Below, in pieces: positions 8,319 through 18,297 of a DNA stretch of 64,000 nt. Each line of letters opens with the position of its first letter. Positions within the stretch are counted from its first letter, which is position 1. The notes under the pieces were generated by a model. That model did not search any database and was not told where the DNA came from. It saw only the letters and a program-made list of their open reading frames with translations. A program made the position numbers and the translations under genes. The stretch is taken from NCBI GenBank assembly GCA_963738405.1, contig CAVTWJ010000002.1, positions 1-64,000 of the forward strand, in the 5' to 3' direction. The DNA comes from a candidate division FCPU426 bacterium (GTDB taxonomy: Bacteria; Oederibacteriota; Muellerivitia; Muellerivitales; Muellerivitaceae).

Positions 8319-8921
8319 TTATGAAACCTCAAATAGAATCCGGAGCCTCGTTTTGGAATCGATGGGAACATTGTCCTTGGCCGCTGGCTTGAATTGCCAT
8401 TTGGAAGCAGTTTTCAAAGCGATGGCGTCCAATTCATCGTTGCCGCTGGAATCCAAAAGCCGAGGGGTCACCCCCCCCTGGGCCGTGATGAGGAATTCAA
8501 TGACCACGTTGGTTTTCAGGTTTTGGTCCCGCAAATAGACGGGAATGACCGGTGCCGGAGCGTAAAAGGCTACGGGCCCATGGGTGGGCCCCAGGGCCGG
8601 TCCCGCGTCCACCTGATTTTGCTGCTCGGGGGCTTTAGGCGGTTCCTTTTTCTCCACTTTCTTCCTGGGGCTTTGCTTATGGCTGAAAACCACCTCATCC
8701 TCGTCCTTCACGGCGGTAGCGCCGGTCAAATGGGCGTTGGCGGGCAATTGGATGATCTGGGCCTCAATATAATCAGTCGAATCAAACGGATTTTTAAAAA
8801 GAGATAGATGCCCTAATCCCAATGCGAGAAAGAAGAGAAGTTCCAATCCCGCCGCGATCAAAGCGGCCTTCCAAATTCGCTCTTGACCTTCTTCAAGGTC
8901 GTAAATTCCGGGATTCGTCAT
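8319..8921 (-). CDS. tonB: Energy transducer TonB
   Basis: N-terminal TM helix, Lys/Pro linker, TonB_C-like domain (SSGNDELDAIA...WQFKPA); follows exbBD. Confidence 0.85.
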   Translation of the reverse strand: MTNPGIYDLEEGQERIWKAALIAAGLELLFFLALGLGHLSLFKNPFDSTDYIEAQIIQLPANAHLTGATAVKDEDEVVFSHKQSPRKKVEKKEPPKAPEQQNQVDAGPALGPTHGPVAFYAPAPVIPVYLRDQNLKTNVVIEFLITAQGGVTPRLLDSSGNDELDAIALKTASKWQFKPAAKDNVPIDSKTRLRILFEVS

Positions 8922-9331
8922 TACTTGTCCTTCCCCGCTTCGGCCACGAGCGCAAATTTCCTTACCCCCACCTCTTTCGCCTTGTCCATGGCCGAAACCA
9001 CCAGCCCATAACCCACGCCCTCATCGGCGTTCACAATCACCACCGCCTGGGGGTCGGCCTGCATCTGGTAGGTCAATTGGCTTCCCAGCGTGTCGAGGGT
9101 TACCGCCGTCTTGTTGACCATCAGCGATCCGTCTTTCTTGACAGTCAGGATGATGTTTTGCTTCATGGTTTCGGGTTTTCCCGACATCTTGGGCAATACC
9201 ACCTTAACGCTGTTGATGCGGGTCATGGCCAGGGACGAAACCATGAAGAACACCAACAGAAAAAAGATTACGTCGATCATGGGAATAATCTCGATGCGGA
9301 CCCTTTTGAGGGGCCTTTGGCGTATTTGCAT
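8921..9331 (-). CDS. exbD: Biopolymer transport protein ExbD
   Basis: IEIIPMIDVIFFLLVFFMV motif; start reassigned to MQIRQR after GGAGG. Confidence 0.92.
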   Translation of the reverse strand: MQIRQRPLKRVRIEIIPMIDVIFFLLVFFMVSSLAMTRINSVKVVLPKMSGKPETMKQNIILTVKKDGSLMVNKTAVTLDTLGSQLTYQMQADPQAVVIVNADEGVGYGLVVSAMDKAKEVGVRKFALVAEAGKDK

Positions 9332-9351
9332 CAGGACACCTCCCGGCAAAA

Positions 9352-9532
9352 TTCACCACCAAGGCACCGAGACACCAAGGGAAATAAAGATTTATTGATT
9401 TTAACCGCCCCCCTCAAGAGGTCACTTTTTGAGTTATTAAGCATTCGGAGTGAATAAACATTTTTGGGTTTGTGTTGTTTAATCCAAGTTTGCCTTTCGG
9501 TGTTCTTGGTGTCTTGGTGCCTTGGTGGTGAA
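9352..9532. mobile_element. MITE-like element, copy D, between exbB and exbD
   Basis: ttcaccaccaaggcaccgagacaccaag ... cttggtgtcttggtgccttggtggtgaa; core differs from copies A and B. Confidence 0.72.
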
Positions 9533-9548
9533 AATTCAGGTTTTCGCA

Positions 9549-10184
9549 TTAGCCTTTTTTCCTTTCGGAGGCCATGCGGGCTTCCATCAGCCGGGAGGCG
9601 GCGGATTCCATCTCATATAGGAAGTTCTTAATCAGGGTGTTGAAGTAATTGTGGGCGATCACGCAAACCAGCGCGATGACGAGGCCCGTGGCGGTGGCGA
9701 TCAGGGCTTCGGCGATACCCCCGGTAATGGAATAGGGGTCGTCCACCCCGCTTTGGGTGAGGACCTTAAAGGAGCCCATCATGCCGATGATGGTGCCCAA
9801 CAGCCCCATCAGGGGCGCGATGGTGATGGTGGTATCGAGGATATGCACATATTTTTCAAGCCGAGGAACCCAGCTTTCCCCCGCGTTCTTCATGGCGATT
9901 TCCATTTCCGCCGCCGAATTCTTGAAATGCTCCAGCCCGGCCTTCAGCACCACGGCCACGGGGATCATCTTTCCCTCGCAGAGTTTTAATCCCTCCTTCA
10001 GTTCGCCTTGGCGGGCCATGTCCAGAACCTTTTGAATGAAGCCATGAGGCGTTACGTACTCTTGATGAAAAGCTTTCCACCGCTCGACGATCACCGTCAG
10101 GGCGATCAGCGAGGATAAAAGAAGCGGGATCATCATGAACCCGCCGTGAAATAGGAATTTGAATCCGTCGAATAAACCGTTCAT
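9549..10184 (-). CDS. exbB: MotA/TolQ/ExbB proton channel protein
   Basis: APLMGLLGTIIGM and GGIAEALIATATGL motifs. Confidence 0.92.
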   Translation of the reverse strand: MNGLFDGFKFLFHGGFMMIPLLLSSLIALTVIVERWKAFHQEYVTPHGFIQKVLDMARQGELKEGLKLCEGKMIPVAVVLKAGLEHFKNSAAEMEIAMKNAGESWVPRLEKYVHILDTTITIAPLMGLLGTIIGMMGSFKVLTQSGVDDPYSITGGIAEALIATATGLVIALVCVIAHNYFNTLIKNFLYEMESAASRLMEARMASERKKG

Positions 10185-10292
10185 TCCATCTTCCTTTCAA
10201 TATTTGAAATAATATCGGCATAACGCCAGTTGGTTCCTGAATTCCAGCTGGCGTTTGCCATGACGCGTTTGCGATCTAAATCTTTACTACGG

Positions 10293-12670
10293 TTAAATCT
10301 CCTTCGACAAACGGAAAATAATCTGGCGGCCCGCCTCGAAGTGGTTGCCGTTGAATCCGTTGGCGATGAAAATCGTGTAGGGGTTGTCGAATAGGTTCAG
10401 CACGTCCAAGCTGGCCTTGAGCCCCTGGAGCCCGCTTTCCTTCTTAAAGGCGTAGCCCACCGTGGCATCCATCGTGAAATGCGATGGAAGCCTCAAAGAG
10501 TTGTTGTCCCCCGTGCTCAAACCCCCGCCGAAGAGCCCCTCCGCCGTAATCCAAAGGTCCCCCGGGTTATAGGTCAGCCCCCCGTTGACGGTATGGATTT
10601 GGCAATGATCCAGAAATTGGTAATCACTGGACCCGTAGGCGGCTCCCGGTATGGCGAAGATGCCCCCCGCCAATCCCTCGCCCTTGGCGATTTCGTAGGA
10701 ATAATTCGCGAAATCCGACCATTGGCTGTCGATCTTGCCGTTGACGGTCACTTCCACACCGTATGCATAGCCCTTCTCAAAGTTATAGGGTTGGGCGATG
10801 GCGGTATTCAAAAGCTGGGTTTCATCCAGCATATCGACCGCGTCCTTGTAATAGCCCGTGAGGGTGAACAGATGGTCTCCCGCCTGTTGGCTGATCCCCG
10901 CCTCGTAGTAATCATCCTTTTCGGCCTTGATGTCATAGGGCGTCAATTGCCCTTGGCCAAGGTTGTTGAAGGTATCCCGCAGGTTCTCGGCGGGCGCGGG
11001 CATGAAAAGCTTGCCGTAGAAGAAATGGATCTTGGTCTCCTCGGTGGGAAGGATATTCAACCCCACGCGCGGCTCCACCAGGCTGTCGTTGGACGTGGTA
11101 TCGGGAAAGACGAACTGGGTAGCGTCCACCCTCACGCCCGCGTTCAGGACCAGCCACTTGGCCAGGGTCAAGTCATCCTGCAGGTAAACCCCTTCCTGGT
11201 AGCCGTTGTCCGTGGAATCGTCCTCACTCGTGGTCGTGACCGGACTGCCGCCCGTGGAATCGACGAAGACCACGTTCACGGGGCCGAAGGACTGGGTCCA
11301 GACGGCCTGGACACCGGCCTTGATCAGGTTGTTGTCGTCGGCGCGCAGGGTGTAGTCCGCCTGAATGCCCAAATTGTTGCTGGTGCGGTCCTCGGAAAAG
11401 GAATCCCCCGTCGTCTGGAAAAGGGTGGTCGCCATCAAGTCGTCGGCCAGGTCGTTGGTGAAGACCACGTTGGACTGCTTCCAATAGGGGGCGATTTGAA
11501 GGAACGAATTGTCCCCAAAGGCGTGTTTCCAGGCGAATTCCACGTACTTGTTGGATTCGCTTTGGGTGTCGTTGGTGCCGTTGGGCACGTAATTGAACGG
11601 CCCGTTGCCGTAGGGGTCGGTGTAGGTGTTGAAGAAGGGGCTGTCGGGGCCGAACGAGGAAGGATAGTTCGGGATCTGATAGAACTTGTTCTCACTGAAC
11701 CCGATCAAGGCCAGTTTATTCGTGTTGTCGGCCACCCAATCGAACTTCACGAACTGGTTGGAACCGTAACTCTGGTCGTGAACCGCCTCCGAGCCTCCTT
11801 GGGAATCGTCCGTCGGAACCGCCGGGTTGGGCGTGTCCAATCCCCGGTCGGTGTAGGTATTGCTGGTCGAGAGGAAATAGTGGAAATCCCCCGAGGCGTC
11901 CGACCCGCCGTAATTGGCGAAAGGGGTGAGCTGGTTGTAGGAACCGTAGCTCAAACCGATATTCCCGCCCGGAGTCGTGGTCCCCGACTTGGTGACGATA
12001 TTCACCACCCCGGCCAGGCGCGTCCCGAATTCCGAGGGCAGGCCCCCGGTGAGGACGTCCATGTGGTCGATGTTGGCCGTGGCGAAAGCCTCCCCGAAGG
12101 AGCCTCCCGTGGAATCGGGCAGCTGGATGCCGTCGATCTGGTACTGCAAATTGGCGTGGTTCCCGCGGGCGAAGATCTGCCCGAAGGGGCCTTCCACCAT
12201 CCCGGCGTTGGTGGTGTAGAGCAGTTTGGGCAGGGAAGCCGTGTCCCCCCCGGAAGCTGGGCAATCTCCTCCGAATTGATGGATTTACTGCTAGAGGAGG
12301 AGTTGGTGATGAGGTGGCGCTTGGCCTTCACCGTCATTTGGATTTCACCTGCTGGTGAAAGGGTAATATCCAAAGAGGTGGAGTTTCCCGAAACCGCCAC
12401 TGTTCCCTGGTAAAGGTTGAATCCCTCGGCCTGGACGCTGACCTGGTAATCCCCGATCGTCAGGGGGAAAACCTGGTAAGTCCCGGTGGCGGAGGCCGTC
12501 AAATCCTTTTCCATTCCGTTCCCCGTGATGGTTACCTTGGCATTTGGAACCGCCACGCCCTTGTCGTCCAAAACCGTACCGGATAAAGCGCCGTCCACCG
12601 TGGCCCAAACCTTGGCCGCCGGCAGAAGGCTAAAAAACACGGCTAACAAAAACATGCATCGTTTAAACAT
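10293..12670 (-). pseudogene. TonB-dependent receptor with N-terminal carboxypeptidase-regulatory-like domain, frameshifted at a G7 tract
   Basis: ORF 12002..12670 gives the signal peptide, CarboxypepD_reg-like domain and plug start; ORF 10293..12200 gives the rest of the plug and barrel; one extra G at 12245-12251 joins them. Confidence 0.85.
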
Positions 12671-12770
12671 TGATAAGCTCCTTTAAGGTTTTCTTCGTAC
12701 TTCTTCAACATTCATTCATTGGTTGCGGGCCCTTCGTAGGGCTTGTGGACGCATCGCTTTCAAGGAATAT

Positions 12771-13052
12771 TCAACAGGGGGGACCGCGTCCCCGATGAAA
12801 GAAAAGACGGGCGAGTTCAAGGCGGTTTTCTCTAGTCGCCGCCCTGAAAACGAAAAACAGCGGAAAGAGGGCCGGCGGCGCCGGCGGGGCTACCGCCTGG
12901 GAACCCGTATGGGACCAATGGCAGTAAGCGCAATTGTCCTCGGTCTCATGGTGGTGGTGGCGGTGAAAGAAGCCCTCCCCCGTCGAGACCAGCAATAGGA
13001 CGAGCGTCATCGTTAAGGGAAGCGTCCGTTTTAAGACTATCTTGAGATTCAC
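12771..13052 (-). CDS. DUF2946/CruR-like leader protein 1 (His run, CxxC, C-terminal RGPP)
   Basis: TM segment-HRHHHHE-CAYC...RGRGPPC*; 100 nt upstream of the TonB-dependent receptor. Confidence 0.8.
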   Translation of the reverse strand: MNLKIVLKRTLPLTMTLVLLLVSTGEGFFHRHHHHETEDNCAYCHWSHTGSQAVAPPAPPALFPLFFVFRAATRENRLELARLFFHRGRGPPC

Positions 13053-13065
13053 TGATCCCCCAAAT

Positions 13066-13824
13066 TTAAAATCCGAACCAGGATTTCTTCGGCAAATCCA
13101 ATTTCTCGCAAGTCATGCGGTACAGGCACCAGCCCTGGTTGTCCTGGTCGTAATTCGTCCCCACGCCCAAGGTTCCGAAAACCGTGAGAGGGATGTCCAT
13201 GGTGGAATCAACCGTTTTTCCATCGATCATCTTGACGTAAATCCACTGGTTCAGTTTCGGGTACGCGCCATAGCAACAGGTCATTTGGTTTTGGGCGAGA
13301 ATGAAAGAAAAAACTTTCCCTTTGTCGTTCACGTCCATGGGGATCATGAACCCGGCTACCGAAACCTTTTGCCCATCCAACCCGAGGATGGAATGCGGGA
13401 CTTCGTTTTGGAATTTTTCCTTCATGGCAGACTGGTCTTTGGGTTCAGCCACCAGGTCCGGCGTCTCGGAAGGAAAACCCGCAAGCGTGTTGAAGCCCAC
13501 CTGATAAAAACCGTCTTTTTGGGCGAAAGGCGGTTTCCAGGCGGGGGGGCCTTGCGGGGCCGAGGCGCTGGACAGGCTCGCCGGCTGTTCGGTTTCAATT
13601 CGGGTGGTCTCCCGCGCGGTTTGACTCTTCCAGTACTGGTTCATGTTGGGCGCGTTGTTCGCCCTCCAAAGGACATAGGTCAACAAGCCGAACCAGACCA
13701 CGCTGCAGGACAACATGAACCAGTATTTCCAATCCCTGGGCGGTATGACGGATTCATATTTGATTTTATTTTTTTTCCCCCCGGGCCAGAGACGGGGGAG
13801 GTCCTTCACCGTTTTCGTGTCCAT
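13066..13824 (-). CDS. DUF3299-like protein, paralog 1
   Basis: LDGQKVSVAGFMIPMD...FIL...TCCYG..P..NQWIYV. Confidence 0.8.
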   Translation of the reverse strand: MDTKTVKDLPRLWPGGKKNKIKYESVIPPRDWKYWFMLSCSVVWFGLLTYVLWRANNAPNMNQYWKSQTARETTRIETEQPASLSSASAPQGPPAWKPPFAQKDGFYQVGFNTLAGFPSETPDLVAEPKDQSAMKEKFQNEVPHSILGLDGQKVSVAGFMIPMDVNDKGKVFSFILAQNQMTCCYGAYPKLNQWIYVKMIDGKTVDSTMDIPLTVFGTLGVGTNYDQDNQGWCLYRMTCEKLDLPKKSWFGF

Positions 13825-13825
13825 C

Positions 13826-14440
13826 TCACCAATCCGCCTTTGGAATGACGACCTTATCCGAGACCATCCGGTAAAGGCTCCATCCCGTGTCCTCTTTCTT
13901 TTGCTCCCCCACCGAAAGGGTTCCGAAAACGGTGATGGGAATATCCATCATCACCTCGGCGGTTTTGCCCTTTTCCATCTCCACGAACATCCATTCGTTC
14001 ATTTTGGGAGTGATGCCGTAGCAGCAGGAGGCCTGGGTCCGGGCGAGAATGAAGGAAGTGGCCTTCTGGTCCGCATCGTCCGTGTCCAGGGGAATCATGA
14101 ACCCCACCACCGCGACGCTCACGCCGTCCAATTTTTTGACGAAATCGGGAATGGGAAACTTTTTCTTCTTGAGCCTGATATGGGGGTCGATCTCCTCCTC
14201 AATCTCAGGGGCGTCATAATCGAAATGAGCCAAGGTATTCCATGTCACATAGGGGTGGTTTTCGACCATGGAAAAAACGGTGGCCGGGGCGGACTTCAAG
14301 TCAATGGGCTTGATGGGCAGGGGATACCCATCTGCCGACGGTTGGTTTTGCCCTTGGATTTTACTCATGGAAAGCATCATTCCGAAGGCCAGGAGTATGG
14401 CCACACGGATGCCCCAGCCCTTCATTAATTCTTTATTCAT
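13826..14440 (-). CDS. DUF3299-like protein, paralog 2
   Basis: LDGVSVAVVGFMIPLD...ASCCYGITPKMNEW. Confidence 0.8.
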   Translation of the reverse strand: MNKELMKGWGIRVAILLAFGMMLSMSKIQGQNQPSADGYPLPIKPIDLKSAPATVFSMVENHPYVTWNTLAHFDYDAPEIEEEIDPHIRLKKKKFPIPDFVKKLDGVSVAVVGFMIPLDTDDADQKATSFILARTQASCCYGITPKMNEWMFVEMEKGKTAEVMMDIPITVFGTLSVGEQKKEDTGWSLYRMVSDKVVIPKADW

Positions 14441-14480
14441 TGCTTTGCCCCCTTTTCACGGAAAGACCTTTCGCTGTTTT

Positions 14481-15134
14481 TTATTTCATCCACTGATTTG
14501 CATTTTTGAGAAAAGCCACTTTGTCCGAAACCATCCGGTAAAGGCTCCATTGGCTTGTGTGTTTTTCGCCCACGGACAAAACCCCAAATACCGTGACCGG
14601 GACATCCATGACGGCATCCGCTGTTTTGCCCTCGTCCATTTGAACGAAGATCCATTCGTTCATCCTGGGTGCGATGCCAAAGCAGCAGGTCATTTGGCTT
14701 CGGATCAACATAAAGGAAGCGGCCTTTCCGCCGTCCGTGTCCAAATCCACCGGGATCATGAACCCCACAACCGCCACGCTGACCCCGTTCAATTTTTTCA
14801 CCGCTTCCGGTATGGGGTATTTATCCTTCTTCCGTAAATCGGGGTCATTCTCTTCGTCCTTTCCGGGAACGTCATAAGGGAACCGGGCCAAAGTGGCCCA
14901 AGTCACGAAGGGATGGTCCTCCACCTGGGCATACATCGACCCCGAATCCGACTGGGAATCGTCAATGGTTACGACGCTGCACGGAGTGGCCGTGGTTTTT
15001 CCGTAATCGATCTCAACCTCCGCTCCCGGTAGAATTGAAATCAGGATCGTGGAGAAAAAAACGGCCCCCCCAATAATGAATATTCCCCTTTTCACGCGCG
15101 GATCATCCAAGAAACCGCCTTGCCCATAAACCAT
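14481..15134 (-). CDS. DUF3299-like protein, paralog 3
   Basis: LNGVSVAVVGFMIPVD...TCCFGIAPRMNEW. Confidence 0.8.
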   Translation of the reverse strand: MVYGQGGFLDDPRVKRGIFIIGGAVFFSTILISILPGAEVEIDYGKTTATPCSVVTIDDSQSDSGSMYAQVEDHPFVTWATLARFPYDVPGKDEENDPDLRKKDKYPIPEAVKKLNGVSVAVVGFMIPVDLDTDGGKAASFMLIRSQMTCCFGIAPRMNEWIFVQMDEGKTADAVMDVPVTVFGVLSVGEKHTSQWSLYRMVSDKVAFLKNANQWMK

Positions 15135-15226
15135 GCCGAAAGAAGTCCGCAGAAGGCCGGAATCATTTCAATGGCCAAATCTTTTAGAATCCGGCCTTTC
15201 TGCGGCAAATACAAAGCGGCCACCCT

Positions 15227-15709
15227 TTACTTGACCCAATCCGGTTTTTTCACGCCTTCATTCCCTTCCGGATACAAAAACCAGACGTTTTTAAAATTCG
15301 TTCCCCTGGCATTGATACGAACGAACTCCCCTTGAAACCGGGCGGTTCCCTTGAGCTTGGGGGAGATGATCTGGTATTGGGAAGTGTCGCCGACCGTTTC
15401 ACCGGTCAACGCGTTAGCGATGGGCTTCAACTTGAGGGCCCAATCTTTCCCTTGGCCCTTCACCAGGATTTGAAGGGAAGACTGGGAAATCCTCACCGGG
15501 TTTTCCGCTTCCCCATCCAACACGAACGCGTCCAGTTCCCCGGTAGAAGGGTCGAGCAAAAGCTCCACGTGGGAAAATTCCTCACCCAACACCACCAATG
15601 TTCCATGGTGCGGAGGATGGTGCTCGTGGGCTGAAACCGGACCCGCCATGAACATCAACAGCGAGATCACCAACGAAGCGATTGAGGCCATTTCGATTAT
15701 TTTTTTCAT
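15227..15709 (-). CDS. Secreted His-rich putative metal-binding protein
   Basis: Signal peptide ending VSA, followed by HEHHPPHHG...HVEL. Confidence 0.7.
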   Translation of the reverse strand: MKKIIEMASIASLVISLLMFMAGPVSAHEHHPPHHGTLVVLGEEFSHVELLLDPSTGELDAFVLDGEAENPVRISQSSLQILVKGQGKDWALKLKPIANALTGETVGDTSQYQIISPKLKGTARFQGEFVRINARGTNFKNVWFLYPEGNEGVKKPDWVK

Positions 15710-15737
15710 TTTTAATTCTCCTTTTTTTATTGGGTGA

Positions 15738-17012
15738 TTAAGACAAGGGGTCCAAATTACGGGCTACGTCGGTGGAATAGGCCTTGAGGGCGGGGACCAA
15801 CCCCGATAAAGCCCCCAAAACCGTCATGCAAACAGGGACAAATAATAGGGAAATATGGAACTGGAACACTTCCAGCACCACGCCGGTTTGTTCGCGCACC
15901 ACCAGAGCGGCCACCGCAAAGAGGGCCAGGTAAATCACATAACCCACGAGCGATCCCAGTCCTGCGATAGCGGTAGCCTCCAGCACGATGGCGGAAAAGA
16001 CCGTGGTCCGCCTGGCGCCCAGAGACCTTAGAATCGCGAATTCCCTTCGCCTTTCGTTCAGCGTGTTGTACAGGCTGGAGAGGATGGAAGCGGCGGCCAC
16101 CAGCATTACCAGGTAGGCCACCAGGGTGAGGATCTTCGTCACCCAACCCATCTTGTCGAAAAGCTCGGCCATCACCTTGCCGATGGGCCAGGCCAGGGTC
16201 GCCACCTTGCCCTGTCGGTTGATGGTCTGGTCCAGCATGAAGCCCGCCTGTGGGCTGTAAAACTTCAGCATGACGGCGGAAACTTCCTTGTTGGCGTCGG
16301 GTATTTCCACGCCCTCTTTGGCCGTATATTCCGTTCCCGTTCCGCGCAGCACATGGCCCTTCATGCGGTAGACGTCGTCGATCGGGATCCACAAAACCCG
16401 GTCCGAGGGTGTATTGGTGGGCTTCAAGACCCCCACGATCTGGAAAACTTCCTCATGCTGCATGTTGGGGTCAAAATAAAGCCCGTGGAAAGGCTTGAAG
16501 GTGGACCCCACCCCGAGCCCCAGCTTGCGGGCCACGAAGCTTCCGATGACCGCTTCCTTTTTCGCGGGGTCAAAGACACGCCCCCCCGGCTCGACTTCCA
16601 GGTGCTTGTCCTTTTGGTACTCAAAGCGGGTGAAGATGTCATTGGTCGTGCCGACAATGCGGTAGCCGTAATAGTTATCCCCCACCGCATAGGGAACGGC
16701 CAATTCGACTCGAGGGTCGTTTTTGACCTCTTCGTAAAGCGTCCAGGGTATGTTGCCCGGTGAGGTTTCCAGTTGGTAGACAGCGTTCAACACCAACTGC
16801 AACTGGCTACCCCTCGCTCCCAGGACGGCGTCATATCCCACACGCCCTCCCGTAAAAGCCCCACGGGTTTGGTACTGAATGGAAAAGACCGCCATGGTCA
16901 ATCCAGTCGCCAGCCCCACCGACATCACCGTGATGACTGTGGAGAGGGCATGCTGTTTCATGCTTCGCTTGACCAGAAAAAACAGGTTCTTCAGGTTTTC
17001 CAGGGGGCTCAT
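15738..17012 (-). CDS. ABC transporter permease (MacB/FtsX type; ZrgC/PA4065-like)
   Basis: GARGSQLQLVLNAVY, GDNYYGYRIVGT and LNERRREFAILRSLGA; start reassigned to MSPLEN. Confidence 0.88.
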   Translation of the reverse strand: MSPLENLKNLFFLVKRSMKQHALSTVITVMSVGLATGLTMAVFSIQYQTRGAFTGGRVGYDAVLGARGSQLQLVLNAVYQLETSPGNIPWTLYEEVKNDPRVELAVPYAVGDNYYGYRIVGTTNDIFTRFEYQKDKHLEVEPGGRVFDPAKKEAVIGSFVARKLGLGVGSTFKPFHGLYFDPNMQHEEVFQIVGVLKPTNTPSDRVLWIPIDDVYRMKGHVLRGTGTEYTAKEGVEIPDANKEVSAVMLKFYSPQAGFMLDQTINRQGKVATLAWPIGKVMAELFDKMGWVTKILTLVAYLVMLVAAASILSSLYNTLNERRREFAILRSLGARRTTVFSAIVLEATAIAGLGSLVGYVIYLALFAVAALVVREQTGVVLEVFQFHISLLFVPVCMTVLGALSGLVPALKAYSTDVARNLDPLS

Positions 17013-17704
17013 ACGGTCACCCCCTTCTTGGCGGCCGATTCCACGGCCCGGTTGATGCGGCTCAGATTTTCCACCTTCTCGAACTTGGACAAGACTTCCT
17101 TGTCGTGGCTGACCAAAAGAAGCGCCGCCCCATTCTCCTTGCAAATTTCCCGGATCAAGGCGAGGGATTCCATGGCCCTCACGTGGTCCAGGTGGCCCGT
17201 GGGTTCGTCGGCCAGGACTAGCTGGGGATGGTTGGCCAGCGCCCGGGCCACGGCAACCCTTTGCTGTTGGCCTACCGACATCTGCCGGGGAAGATAGTGG
17301 AGGCGCTTTTCCAACCCCACCCGTTTGAGAAGGTCCCGCGCGTAGGATTCATTCACGCCCCTTCCGAACATCATTCCCAACATCACGTTTTCCAGGGCCG
17401 TATAGCCTTGGAGCAAGTTGAAGGTTTGGAAAATGTAGCCCAGGCTTTGGGCCCGAAGCATATCCCTCCGGCTTTCCGGAAGGGATTCCAATTCCTTGCC
17501 CGCGAGGCGGATGCTTCCCTCGTCGGCTTTCAAGATTCCCGCGATGAGGTTCAAGAAGGTGGTTTTTCCCGAACCGCTTTCACCCGCCATGGCCAACTGC
17601 TCGCCCTGGCCGAGCGCGAAAAAATTCACATGAACCACCAACTGACTGCCGCCTTCCGGAGACGGATAAGTCTTTTTTAAGTTTTTTATTTCAAGAACTT
17701 TCAT
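17009..17704 (-). CDS. ABC transporter ATP-binding protein (LolD-like)
   Basis: Walker A GESGSGKT, signature MSVGQQQR, LADEPTG. Confidence 0.93.
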   Translation of the reverse strand: MKVLEIKNLKKTYPSPEGGSQLVVHVNFFALGQGEQLAMAGESGSGKTTFLNLIAGILKADEGSIRLAGKELESLPESRRDMLRAQSLGYIFQTFNLLQGYTALENVMLGMMFGRGVNESYARDLLKRVGLEKRLHYLPRQMSVGQQQRVAVARALANHPQLVLADEPTGHLDHVRAMESLALIREICKENGAALLLVSHDKEVLSKFEKVENLSRINRAVESAAKKGVTV

Positions 17705-17888
17705 TTTTTCCTCGTAATCTTCCAATGGTTAAATTAGGAATAATCGAAATCAATTCATGAAGAGCTTTGGTCCAAACGGGGAAAGAAAATGAAAAGGGGT
17801 TGGAAAACTTGAAATGAATGGAACTGTGCCTGAGGTGCGGTTAATTAAAGCCGGACCCGTCCCCTATTCATTTGTTTCCCGTTTGAAG

Positions 17889-18182
17889 CTAGGAAAGAAC
17901 GGCTGGAGGGGCGCGGCCCGTGGGCAGAATGAAGCGGAAACTGCGGTAGGGCTGGCAAAAAACGAGCCCCGCGAAAAACAAGAAGAAAAGCGGGGCCAAA
18001 TCCACCAGGGGGGCGGTGGAAAAATCCGAACTGCTGAAGGCCTTATGAAAACTGCAGTACGCGCAATCCGCGTCTTCCGTCTTTTCATGGTGGTGGTGGA
18101 TATACCCTTCGGATAATTCCACCCCGGCGAAGGCCAGGAAGACCGCGAATGCGATGAATTGTAACCACTGGCGCGAACGCAT
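17889..18182 (-). CDS. DUF2946/CruR-like leader protein 2 (His run, CxxC, RAPP)
   Basis: TM segment-IHHHHEK-DCAYC...PTGRAPPAVLS*; upstream of the ABC operon. Confidence 0.8.
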   Translation of the reverse strand: MRSRQWLQFIAFAVFLAFAGVELSEGYIHHHHEKTEDADCAYCSFHKAFSSSDFSTAPLVDLAPLFFLFFAGLVFCQPYRSFRFILPTGRAPPAVLS

Positions 18183-18297
18183 CAAATCTCCCTTGATTTG
18201 CGACTGCCCGTTATCATCCAAGCGGTGCCAGGAAATGTCAATTGCAGGGGGCGAAATAATAATAACCGGATGATGTAGATGTCTATTATTGCGCTTC

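Noticed and set aside
9331..9549. Small ORFs overlapping MITE copies (also 3042..3245, 3144..3449, 27591..27863)
   Set aside because: Translations of the repeat (PPRHQDTK / LGALVSWW), not independent genes
10479..12413. 644-aa plus-strand ORF
   Set aside because: Antisense shadow of the GC-rich receptor gene with no recognisable motifs
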